Positions 19,264 to 33,342 of a stretch of DNA of 64,000 bases are shown here, one piece after another; positions within the stretch are counted from its first letter, which is position 1, and each line of letters starts with the position of its first letter. The notes beneath the pieces are model-generated. The model saw only the letters and a list, made by a program, of their open reading frames with translations. It did no database searches and had not been told where the DNA came from. The DNA comes from the human T2T-CHM13v2.0 reference genome, Homo sapiens. The translations under genes and the position numbers were made by a program. The DNA lies in assembly GCF_009914755.1 (NCBI RefSeq), contig NC_060928.1. One strand, written 5' to 3'.

Positions 19264-20125
19264 TTAGAATACATATCATGCATTTACCCCATGAGAAAAA
19301 GAATTGAGAAAAGACATTAACCAATCACCGAATAGACCATTATACAGAGCTCAAGACAGGGGAAAATAAAAGCAGAAAGGAAATACATGTAAACATTGTT
19401 GCATGGATGAGAATATATAATGCAAATGGTAACTAGGACTTTTGAAAGGGAAGGATAGAATAAGCTATATTTTGGTAACTCTCAGCCCCCAGATTTCTGT
19501 GGCTTTCAACAATAAAAGCTCACTTCTCACTTGCTCATACAAATCCTCTTTACGTTGAGCAAATCTCCCAAACAGCCGACCTCCATGAGTCCACTCAAAT
19601 TTCAAGCTGCTTAAATGTTGTGGCTGTACCATCTTAAGACAAGCGCTTCCCCTTGATCCTTGATTTTCCTGGGAGAGGAAGATGGAGGTTCTAGAATTCC
19701 ACAAAGGCTTTTCACTGCCTCAGCCCAGAAAAACCCAACATGACTTCTTGTATTTTATTGGCCAAGGACTGTTTGATGGCCTCGCCTAAGTGTAGGGGAG
19801 CTAGGAGATGAAATGCAGGAAATAAAGGAGAATTTTACGTATCTTAGCAAACGTAGGGGTAGGAAATGTGAGGTGAACCAGGGAAAGTCCACTGCTACCA
19901 TGGGACATCAATAAAAGACTACGAGATGATGGAGATCAATGTATTGCAAAGTCGTCATCTAATTGAGGTGGATAGGAGGACTGTGGGTCTTACTAGAGAA
20001 AATGGTTTTTATCTTGTCTTCATATTATAGTTGAATCTCTGTGTGAGAGGACAGAAAGTGAAATTATCAATAAATTGAGTGGACATTTGAAGTGGATTTT
20101 CTTTATCAAACCGACAAAAATAAAG

Positions 20126-20481
<356 letters not shown>

Positions 20482-23400
20482 TTATATGGGACATTAAACT
20501 AAATATGAACAAATCAGATTCTTACATTAGAATTCAAAAACATATTTGCTGTTTTCAAGAAACAAGCTTAAAACAAATGAATCAAGGAAGACAGAAAATA
20601 AAGAGGCAATTGCAAACTGAATTAAAAGAGTGGAGCTATTAATACCAGAAAATATAGGCCTTTGGGGTGAAAGCACTGAATAGAATAAAGGGTATATTGT
20701 GTAAAACATTTCAATTCCAGTTTGATTTAAAAGTACATCAATCTATTGGGCAAAAATATATTCTTCATAATTGACATCAGAGTAATTAACATTGTGTGCG
20801 TCTGACCATGTGCAAAAACTGGTGCTAGGTGCTTCTGTGGAAATTGTATGTATTTTGGAAATGTTCTTATACTAAGCATTCTGGCATTCTGCTCTCATGC
20901 TCTTCAACTTTGTAGATGGTTTGGGGTGTAATGTTTAAAATGCAAAGATAGATGAATATTTGTGACCATTATTGCAACTTATTTAATGCTGCACATGATT
21001 AAAAAATACCAAATTTCTTCATTTTGTCAATCATTTGAAGTGTCTTAAACTAACTCATTGGTTCAAAGTCCTATAATCCAATGTGAAGACACTTCAATCT
21101 TCCAACTAAGAATGGTATCACCCTCTTTTTTCAGTAGTTCAACTTCGTTATATATTTTTGTAACTAGACCTAAAATTCAGTTGTGAGAGTTTCATTTATA
21201 ATTGAGTCAGACTTTGTGTTACAAATGATAGTTTTGTAATAATAGTTCAGGCGATATACTGAAAACAGGAAACATTTAAATGAAACCCATTCCTTTAGTC
21301 TGAGGCAGATAACATTTTCTTTTTAGATATCATCTCAAAAGTGAACGTGTTGAGTTTACTTGACTATGAAGAAAACATTTCATAGACTATGAAATTACAT
21401 GGAAATATCTGGTTTGCTATAAATAGAATTATGTGGCACAGGAGCTCATGAGGCTCTGGCGATTTAAAGTTATTCTGTTCTCAAAAAAAAGTAGGTAAAC
21501 AGACTGCACATATGAAAGAATAAAGTTAGGCAGGAAATAGGAGGATTGCCAACCTGGCAATGTCTTCACAGGGCCTGACAGGACACAAAATTGGAAAGGT
21601 GCTGTCTAAAGTACTGAAATTCTTTTTAGTCACAGTCACTTGTGGACAGAAAAAGAATCTGATTTCCTTGGTGATAAAGAAAAAAACTGGAGGACTGAAG
21701 TAAATATTTTTAAATAGAATGAATAACATTTGAATATTTTAGTCTGTCTAAAAAACACAAAACATAAATTACTGGATACTGATTTATTAGAAATTGTATC
21801 TAAAATCAAACTGGATAGTTTGAGACTTCTTCATACAAATGGCTCCATAGTATATGAGCACACTGAGTGGGTGGATGCAGCTGAAGTTTTCTGAGAAGGT
21901 TATCATATGAAATGAGGACAGCAACAGGGCAAAAGTGAAAAAAATGAAATTTGAGACTATTTCTGCAATGATTCTTTCTTTCAAATATGTCTATTGCTCA
22001 TAATACTATGTGAAGAAAAAATACAAGAAGGCTGCAAGGTATAATGTTTTAAATGTACTCTGTTACCTGCAACTTATTTGACTTCTGTTTGGAAAATATT
22101 CATGGCATTGTAGCCTGAAAAGCCATTTCATGATTGAAAGAGGTCACAGGTTAAATTTGTATTCTTTTATTACTCTTATTTATTGTAAGTAGCATAGGCT
22201 TTTAACAGACATCATTCAGCTTTTAACCAGACACGTTATTTTGAAGTTTCCTAGAGCTGCCATTGGGGGGTTGAGATGTGAGTGTGGGGGTGCAGGAAAT
22301 GGAAAAAAGACTACATAATTAAAAGTTTCAAAGATAAATGGATTGATCTTGAGCATATCCTGAGTACTACGAAGTCATCGTAAGGATATAAAATGAGAAA
22401 ATACAGAAAACCACCAGCATGTTCACACTTACACTATTAGTTTATTGTTCTCTATTTGTGAACAGTTAGCTTGATGCTTTTGTTTGTTTTTGTGTACCTA
22501 GGTGCCGTCTTCTTGAACAGTGAAAGAGTAGTTTTTTGAAACATCATAGTCCACAGTTTGAATCCTCTGAATAACACATGTGTCTGTTTTAGTTACCAAA
22601 ACAATGTATCTTTCAAGCATTTATATAATATTATATATAAATATATAATAACATTGTGAGTTATTTACGTGAAATGAATGCATGCATATTTATTCAATGC
22701 TCTCTTCTTATTTAGCGACTCCATTGAAAAGAAACATAATATATGGAAAAATTACTAGAAAATCTAGGAAAACTGACTGAATGCTTTGGAAAGACACAGT
22801 CAAGGTGAGTCAATTTTTTTAAAAAAAGCTGAACGATTAGGTACGCACAAGTCAAGTATCAATGTTTGGGTCAAACAAAAAATAATTTTTTTTACAGTTT
22901 GCTTTGAGAAACTTGAATTTCTAATCCACTTTATTGAAATAAAAACTTAAAAACAAAGGATCGCAGGTATTATGTCTGTAAGAAAGCCAACACCTAACTC
23001 CAAAGAACAGGTCTTATTCCCACAACAGAAGCCTAGTGAATCAGTGCACATGTGTATATAAAATTCAATTATATTTAAAATATGATTATGTTATACTTAA
23101 TGATCCTCAGTTTCACTTTCAGATTAATGAGCCACCAACAATGAGCTCTGATTACTTAATGATAAGACCTTTCTATTTCAATAGATTTCAGTCTTTATGC
23201 TGCACAAATAGCAGAGGCTAAAAACACTTATTTTGATGTTTTTAATTTTGTACAATGAAAATTAAACACCTCATACATTCCACACCTATTGCCAAGGGAC
23301 ATGCACAGCTGGACACAGAACCTCAATTGAGATTCTGTTACCACTTTCATTCGGGGAGTGCCATTCTCTCCCCTGCTTCTAACCTTCCTCTTACCCTATG

Positions 23401-25051
23401 TTGTTTTTGACATTAACAGAAAGATTTTATATTTTTATATGAAGATCAATAACTCAAAATGCCATTAGAAGAGAAAGAAGTTATTTTATATTTTTCTCAG
23501 TAGAAAACACCTTCGCCAGGATTCCTTACAAGTTACCTGGTTGGTGACTAACAAGAGCTGGTGTCAATTCTGTAACCATCTTTGGGGGCCACTTCTGTAT
23601 AGAGAGTAAGTTGTAAAGGCCATTTCCAAATTAAGGCATGTTTATCCTCAGCATGTGGAAAAGACAAATTGTTAAGATGTGACTTCTTTCAATATTTGTG
23701 CTACGTAAACATCATAATCTTAAGAAGCAGTGGGACTTGGAGATAAAATGCCATCAGACTGGCTAGAAGTCCCTCATTCAATTCTTTAAACTCTGTAGTA
23801 AAATTCTTATGAAGACCGCTAATAACTCTCTGCTAGACAGATGACAGGTAGTATCTGGAGGAATTTATAAAAAAAAAACAAACTCTAAGACTGAAATAAT
23901 CAGGTTTAGAAAAAGGCTGGTGATGGATCCAGTCATTTGCCTTCTGAAACAAAGCAGTCAGGCAGATCTGAATAAAACAGCAAGTTGCTAGGTAATTCTC
24001 CCACAGTGTGACAGTTGGCTAGAGAGATCACCAGGGGAAGTTAGGCCCCCTTCCTCTTCTGTATTGGTGCTAATTTTGAGGTGATTAAACTAATATTCTC
24101 CCCTTCACACACCTTTAGGCATCATTTGGAGATTGAAATTCCCAGAAAATACAAAGTACGGAAGTTGTGGGAGTGATTGATATTATGTCTTATGAGATGA
24201 AGTCCTTGTGGCTATTAGGACCTAAGAAAATTAGGTAAAAGAAGAGAAATAAGGAACACATGTTGTATTCACCAGAGGAAAAAAAATGGTTAAGGCTAAA
24301 ATATCACAATACTGATGAAAGAATCAAAAAAGATGAATAAAAATAGTATATGGCCTAGGAAGGAACCAAAAATACATAAGAAAATAATACATAATAAAAG
24401 ATACATGGAATAAACACACACACACACATCCCACAGGAGAAAATAATTATTTGAAAATATTGGTAGAGAAATTGACTAAATGATTTGGGCAAAACATAAA
24501 TCAAACCATACACTGAAATAAATTCTTGTTTAAAAAGTTAAACTTTGTATATATTACCATTAAGTAACCATTTACTTGTTTAAAATAAGATTTTTTGAGA
24601 CAAAATAATTGATAATTTATATCACAGATTTTCTGTCATGCTTACATTTTGTAAGTTTGTTTTCTCCTCTGGATAGTTTCACCTCCTTATGCTGGATATG
24701 CGACGACTCCAGGAATTTTCTAATCTAAGAACGAGCGTGTTCAGTGAAATATCATCAGTGTTGCAATCCGAGGGAGCACGTGAATGTGCCTGCCAGGGGA
24801 GTCAAAAGCCCTTCTTGTAGAACCGTGAAAGGAAATAGGAAGTGAAAGCTTTGCCATGTAGAACATTCCTCCACACTGAGAGCACAGAGGATACAGACTT
24901 AGTTCATATCCCAGCTTCAATCTTAGAGTGCCGTGTAGATATTCCTCTGTGAGTAATGACATTTCCTCAACATTTATATAACCCTGAAATATCTTCTGAT
25001 TTCTGCCTTTGGTGTATAGGAAGCAACAGCACTTCTTTTAAAAGGGGAAGG

Positions 25052-25520
<469 letters not shown>

Positions 25521-28500
25521 TCAAAGGTTAAGTAGTATTAACACTTAAAAAGCTCATACAGTTTGATAAGGAAAGCAATCCAATAAAAATTGACAAAAGC
25601 CTTGAATAGGTTTGTCACAGAGAAATACTTTGTCAATGCTTGAAAGCATGTTCTACCTCACTAGTGATCAATAAAACTGGAAATGAAAACAATTAAGATA
25701 GCTTTTTCACTCACAAATTGGCCAAGATTTTTTGAAGACAGTATTAGTCGAGTTGCAATGAAACTTCAGTCTTTCGTACTATTGGGTATAAATGGCCACC
25801 ATATTTTCTGGAGGGCAATATTGGGATTTGTATCATGATGCCTAAAAAATTAATAGCTTTGACCCATAGGTTCTACAAGTAGGAACTAGCTTGAGGAACT
25901 AGATCCATGGACAAAAACATATAAACAAATACAAATTATTATTATATGAAGGGTGAAAAATTATGTTCAGCTTTAATATTATGTGGCCTGAAACAAATTT
26001 GTATAAGTCATATGATCCGTTTTGTATATTCATTAAAATAGTCATAAAAATATAAACAATGTAATAAGTATGTTTGAATAGTATTATGATGGGCTACTTT
26101 AATTTTCTCATATATACATTATTCATTTTCTAGTGTAAACATGAACTTTTTCCAAAATTATTACTTTTAATAAGAGGTAGTAGATAAAATAACAGATTAC
26201 AATAGCTGTTGTAAAATGAATTATTTCATACTCTGTTGTATCTGATATCTTTTATCCTGCAAAATAAAGTTTGCTTCTTAAAATGTTGAATTTGTGATTT
26301 TTTTTTCTCTTTTCCACCTTCTTCCTCCTCCCCACCTGTACCTACTACTAATAAAAGTGAGCACAGACTGATGCTGAAAGGAAAGATCTTATGGAATTTG
26401 ACTAATCAAATCAATCTTTCTCCAAAGGAGTAAACAAATATAGGAAAAAATGAAATATGTGATTGCCTTATGATATGTTTAATGCCAAAATATTAACTGA
26501 AACCTTAACATATGCATGGACAATAAATGGGGTATTGAATAAATATTTATTGATCATCGTTTACATGCAAAATCTGTTGTGGTTTTGATAGACACTATTG
26601 CATTGAATCTTTACAGCAACATTGACCCCAATGTGGATTAAGGAACTGAGGCTTAGAGAGGTTACATGACCTAACAGCTATTGAGGAGTGTCGGCATTCA
26701 AACTGGGCTCTTTCTCCTACACCAAATGAACTTCATTAGCATAGTTTATTTGGGTCAATCTATTCTTTTTCACATATCATGTTAACAAAATGACACATGT
26801 CTAACCAATTGGAAATTATTTAAACATAGTTTAAAATGCTACTAACACAATATGTATTAGCATATTTTTCCAAAATCGTAAAGTTGCTTACAATTGTGGA
26901 TGCCCGGTCACCTTCAGATGTTGAATATAGTCCGCCAGGTTGTGGCTGCCTTACCAAAATATATAAAGATAGTGTTTTATTTCAAGACCAGCTCATTTCC
27001 CAAATGTGTACGGAAGTAGTCCTTATAGAGGAATATTCTATGGTTATAGTAAAATAAAAATAGTACCTGAAAGCTGGAACCTATGGATAATATTTAAGGT
27101 GGGACTTACAATATGGAGGATAGTCTATATTTTTATGAACATTATAGTACGATCCTGTTTTACTTAGTTGTCTACTAGTATTTCAAAATTATATATGCAC
27201 ACACTCTTTGTCTGAAGATATTTACAGCATTATTTTTAAATTACTGCCACCTCTCCTCCAAGCTCTCACAATTCTACACCTTAACCTTTAACCTTTTTGA
27301 CAAACTATGCTTTGAATCACATTGACTGAACCTTCTGTTGTTCATCTTTTAAGAAATTTACACTGGATTTCAGTGGATCTCTATAAATTTATTTTCCTCT
27401 GACAAGAGAAAGAATAAAAATTAAATTCAAATATACCAGAAATGTGGTGAGAATTCCCAGCATAGCTATTGCTGAGTTAGAGTATTTTTTTCCAACAGCT
27501 GCTTAATAGTTACATATAACTTTATAAGCAAGTTATATGTTAAGGACATGGTGTTACCCCTTTGTTCAGTTTGAAGTACAGGAACATTTCGCATTGCTTA
27601 GTGACATTTTCCAGATCATGCTGCCTTTAAAAAATGCAGTAACAATTCCCTCATAGTTAATGTTTGAAAAGTTCTGATTTAAACTGAGTTTATAAGATTT
27701 AAGAAAAAAGCGTTTTTTATTAAAAATGAAAAAAATTCCTACTGAAATGTGAGAAATTCTTAATCAAGTAGAAATTTGAATAAAAATTCAAATTTTATTT
27801 TCAAAGTTTATTTTCAACTTTTTGTTATTAATATTCAGGTACATTTAATTTTTTCATATTCATTTCTTTTCTGTTTCTTTCGTTTCAAAAACATTTTTTA
27901 TGCAGTCAAAACTGCCTCTCATTCTTGGAATATTTATCTTGATCTTTCACAGCAAACTTCCAGTCTCTGTGTGCTGTTTTACATATTAAAGGAGGAAATG
28001 TCAGGAATGATATATTTGAAGCACAGTTTCATGACCTGATGTAACAAAAAGTATGATTGATTCCAAAATGCATTACAACATTGTTTTATATAATCATAGT
28101 GGTGGTAAATTTAGATTCTAAAATTTGATGTTTGACCAAATACCAATATTTTCTCAAGTTTCCTCCCTCTTAGAATTTTGAGGCTTAACTTCTGGATGCT
28201 TAGAAATTAATTAATTAATTTAATTCTGCTTAGAAAGAGAATTTCACATTTGAAACTACCCAAGATTATAGAAATTACATAGTGAGGGCTTATTATGAAT
28301 CAGGCACTGTTCTAACCTTTAAAATAATTGTGAATTTTGTAACCAGCAACCAAGGAATTAATTGCCCTTTGAAATCAACAACTGTGGCTGTGATTCTTGG
28401 TCCCCCATAGAATCCCAGTGTGGAGTGAGGCCATCAGTTTTATCTTCTGCTTGGAAAACCATTTATAGATTGCCACAGTTATCACCAGAGTTCCTTCCAG

Positions 28501-28912
28501 TAATTTAGTTACTATATTGGTAATGAATGAAAGCATCAAACAATTGTTTAGAATTAAATATAAGCTCCTTACAATGTGGGGCATCAGACTATCAAGGCAG
28601 CTATTTTTAAGTCCGACTTCGGAGCAAAATCCAGTTCATGCATACAGATATTTTATCATTTTTACTTCAAGCTCAGTAAAGCCGTTTTTCAACAAGCTCT
28701 CTCAGGTAGAGTTTTCAGTATAACTTGAATAATTGAGCTAATTGTTCTCTCTGCAAATCTCCAGATTGTAAAATTCTTGTTTACTTTTCTTTTATCCCCA
28801 GCTCTCAACACTACTCAGATACTCTAACTGTCTTGGGATATTTTCATTGGTTTCAAAATGTTTGATTCATATTCGACTTTTTCTTGCTAATTAAAATTTG
28901 GGCACAAAGATT

Positions 28913-29290
28913 TCTAAGGACTGAATTGTGTCCCCTCCCCCAAATCCATATGTTCAAGCTCTAACCTCTAATGTATTTTGAGATAAGACCTTCAGGGAGG
29001 CAACTAAGGTTAAATGAGCTCATAAAGGCGGGGTCCTCAGCCAGCAGTACTGGTGTCCTTGTAAGAACAGGAACAGATACCAGATCTCACTCTTTCTCTC
29101 TCCATATGTACAGAGAAAATCTATGTGAGAACGTAGTGAGAAGGTGGCCATCTGGAAGCCAGGAAGAGAGGCTTCACCAGAAACCAGCCAGGATGGCACC
29201 CTGATCTTGGACTTCTAGCCTCCATAGCTGTGAAAACATAAATTTCTGTTGTTTAAGCCACCAGCCTGTGGTATTCTGTTAGGGAAACTC
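28913..29290 (+). mobile_element. MaLR LTR (MLT1A-like)
   Basis: ggactgaattgtgtcccc...ttggacttctagcctcc...ataaatttctgttgtttaagccaccagcctgtggtattctgtt. Confidence 0.8.
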
Positions 29291-29779
29291 TACCAGGCTC
29301 TACCAGGGAAAGTGGGTTTGAAAATGCAACCTTCTGAAAAACCTAGGCATATTTGGATTTGCATCTATTTGCATCTGGATTTGCATCAAACAGGGAAACC
29401 TCTGTATGAAGATGCAAAGTCCTTGGTAAAATAAATTTTCATAAGAGAAGAGAGAATCAAGGCATATGAATTTGGTGAAAGAATTCTTAAAAGTTCAGGA
29501 CTGTCCATAACTTTATTTGTAAAAATGAGAGGTTGACCTCTACAATTACTGAAAACCCCTTCTAGGTCTAAACCAAATTCCTCTAATTATCTCAGATGCA
29601 GACAAGAGACTGATGATTGTTTAAGTGAACTCTGCAAACTCCAATATCCCTCCATTATTGAAGCTCTAGTTTCCCGGAAGCCCAGGGAATAAGTTACCAC
29701 ATGATGTGGACAAATAAGAGTTCTCTTTCCTACATGCCCTAGAGGGTGAGTTGTCAAGCTTGACTGCCCACCCAGATAC

Positions 29780-30235
29780 TGAGGTAGGAGGTGGGGCTCA
29801 GACACTGGACCAAATGGAGGACTAGCTAAAACAGGTCCAGGGAAGAAGCACCTCCCCCTAAGACAGGCCCACCAGTGTACCATGTCAGCTTACCATTGCT
29901 ACAGCAACACCTGGAAGTTAGCACCGCTTTCCACCACAATGACCTGAAACCTCAGAAGTTACGACGCTCATCCTAGAAATTCCTTTATAAACTTCCCCTT
30001 TATTTGCACGTAATTAAAAGTGAGTATAAATATGACTGCAGAACTGCCTCTTGGCTGCTATTCTGGGCACACTGCCTACGGGGTAGCCCTGCTCCACAAG
30101 GAGAAGTACCTCTGCTGCTGCTTCAATAAAAGTTGCTGTCTCACACCACTGGCTTGTCCTTGAATTCTTTCCTAGATGAAGCCAAGAACCCTCCCTGGCT
30201 GAGCCCCAATTTTGGGGCTTGCCTGTCCTTCATCA
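29780..30235 (+). mobile_element. ERV1 solo LTR (MER4-group, LTR19/MER41-related)
   Basis: TG...CA termini (tgaggtagg...cttcatca), 4-bp flanks atac/atat, TATA-like gtataaat near 30024, AATAAA near 30125. Subfamily is tentative. Confidence 0.75.
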
Positions 30236-30754
30236 ATATGATAGGGACAACTGAGCTTGTAAATTTCTCACACAAAGAGCAAGCCAGTCATATGTCTTGT
30301 TAGAAAAAAAAAATCACAACCAAATTCTCAGGTGATCCAAAATTTCATGTAAAAACATCTGCTTTAAATCTAGAAATTAGGAAATTATTAGTTTCTTCAT
30401 GCTCTCTCAAAAGCAATACACCATTGTATGAATAATCATAGATGATGTGGCATTAGAGTGTCCATGTGCACAAGTAAAGAATGAAGTTATTTCATGCCAA
30501 ATACCTTTCACTGTTTTATTTCAGACTTTTACCACTGAAATTTTCAAACAACCATCACGGTATTTATCTCATTTACTTAATAAATACCACAATCCAATTC
30601 AAATACTGCTGAAGAGATAATATAATTTTGTCTTTACCATTCTTGTTCACAAATTGCAGAAATTTCTCTGTGCATTTCAAGACGTGACCACACCTTCCCT
30701 ATCCCTGTCCCAACAGGTCATGAGACCCCCCTCATGTTTTCTTAAAATTTTAGT

Positions 30755-30875
30755 GTTCCTGCTTTTTCTCTTTTGTTTTCCTTTCTCACCCTTCCTTATT
30801 TTGTTCCATATTTTTCCTTCCTACTTTCTCCTTTTCTTCATTTCCTTTCTTCCTTCGTTTTTCCCTCCCTTTTGT
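30755..30875. repeat. Pyrimidine-rich low-complexity tract
   Basis: T/C-rich degenerate (TTCC/TTTC)n. Confidence 0.7.
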
Positions 30876-31435
30876 TAGCAAGTCCAAGTGCTTGTCTGTG
30901 GCCCTTTACTTACTGCGTGCTCTATGAGGAGAATGAGCTTCAAAGGTATCATCACAATTAAGAAGTGCAGTATTAAAATGGGTATCATTCTGTCAATCCA
31001 AAGCCTGGGAAAGAAAGGAAGGAAGCTGAGAATGTTTGAACTTAAGATTCCAAAATCTTATCTGATTCCTGGTATTGTTTTTCCTGTGATAGCTATTATT
31101 GAGCAGCAGTTGCCAAAAATATTGTGGAGTGGAAACATTAGAGTATGAGTGTAAAGAAAGAAATAATAAAGGGTTAAATCATATTGTTTAAGATGAGAAG
31201 GTGATATAGAAAAAAAAAACTAGTGCTTTGAAAAAAACCTGTATAGAAAGGAAATATGAAGTGTGAATAACAGGGAGAAGCCATTTGTTACATATTTAGG
31301 AAGGGCTCTGTGAAATCTGGATGGCGTGTGTTTAGCGACGTCACTAATATCAAAGAAAAGGAGTCCTTTTAAAATTGAATGGACAGAGTTACATTTTTTA
31401 TAGGTGTAATCATATTTCCAATAAAGAAATTCAAT

Positions 31436-31728
31436 GGACCAGGCATGGTAGCTCATGCCTGTAATCCCAGCACTTTGGGAACCCAAGGCTGGCGAATCAC
31501 TTGAGGTCAGGACCACTCGAGACCAGCCTGGCCAACACGGTGAAACTTCATCTCTACTAAAAATACAAAAATCAGCTGGGCATGGTGACGAGTGCCTGTA
31601 ATCCCAGCTACTCGGAGGCTGAGGCAGGAGACTCACTTGAACCCTGGAAGTGGAGGTTCAGTGAGCTGAGATCATACCACTGCACTACAGCCTTGGTGAT
31701 AGAGTGAGATTCTGTCTTAAAAAAAAAA
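31436..31728 (+). mobile_element. AluS
   Basis: Alu match with A-tail. Confidence 0.9.
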
Positions 31729-32961
31729 TTACTGAACAGAGCTATATAAACTATATACATTTGAATATAAGAAAATGAATTTTCAAAAAGGCTAAGAGGA
31801 TGCACAGCTGCCTTAAAATAATGAAAAAAATTCCACATGACTTTAATGGCACATTAAAAATATTGCTATAAAGTCCAATGGTGTTGAATATTCCTGAAAA
31901 CTTTTTTCTCTTTTTAAAAGTATTCAGAAATTTTCTTTGTAAAATTAAGTATTTTGGTTTGAGACATTTTCAATTCTTTCTTAGCTGGAAATTCATTACT
32001 CAGTGAATTTTTAAAAAGTTTTTAACAGTGTTTCACCATCATTTCTATCCAATCAAAACAGTTATTGCTGGTAGTGTGGACAGTCATCGTCATGTTTCAT
32101 CAAGTCTGATATATAATCAGTCCTGGTGGGTGAGTCTATGGGTAGTATTCAACATTTTGACCTCTGTACTTACAATTATATAGATGTCAAATCCCAGAAA
32201 CAAAGGTCCAATCCCTAATGAAATCCTATCATCAGAATGCCATATGGTAACAACATTAGAAATTGATTTTTGCTTCAAAGGCCTTGCCTGGACTGAATAC
32301 AGTATATGTGCATCTGATTGAGCTTTGGAAGGCATGCACGAGAAGTCTTAATTTTTCCTTCCTTATGAAAGTTTCATGGTTTAATTTTTTTCAAGATGTT
32401 TGAAAATAAATTTTTCAAAGTCTTTATCCATATCACCTTTGATATGAAGAAATCAGGAAGAATGATGCTTTGAGCTATGGAAATGTGTTAGGATTTAAGA
32501 AGTAGAATTAGAATTATAGTATAAGGCTGATATGTTTTTCATTTATAATTTTTTTACATGCAACATTTTTAAAAGATAAATATTTCCTCTTAATGGGGTC
32601 AGTAATCTCAAGAATGCTGTGTCCCTGGAGTTCTTAAAATGTTCTGGTTTTGCTTTCCCCTTGTACATAGTTTAGAACAAACTTTGTAACTTCAGAGCCA
32701 GGATTTCATACACAATTTTAATCCAACTCTTTCCTTCACAGATTAACATGCTGAGACTCGGGAGGTGGTGATTTGCCTAGGGACACAGAAAAGTAAGGAT
32801 TAAAAACTTAGTTTAGGATTCCCAATCCAGAGCTCCTTCTATTACAGTATGCTTCTTTAGACAACGAGTTGTTAGTTATGTAATGAAAAGAACATATGAA
32901 ACTGGCTCACACTTCCATAAGCTAGCAGATAGTTATTCCCCACTTTAAAAATATCCATATA

Positions 32962-33342
<381 letters not shown>

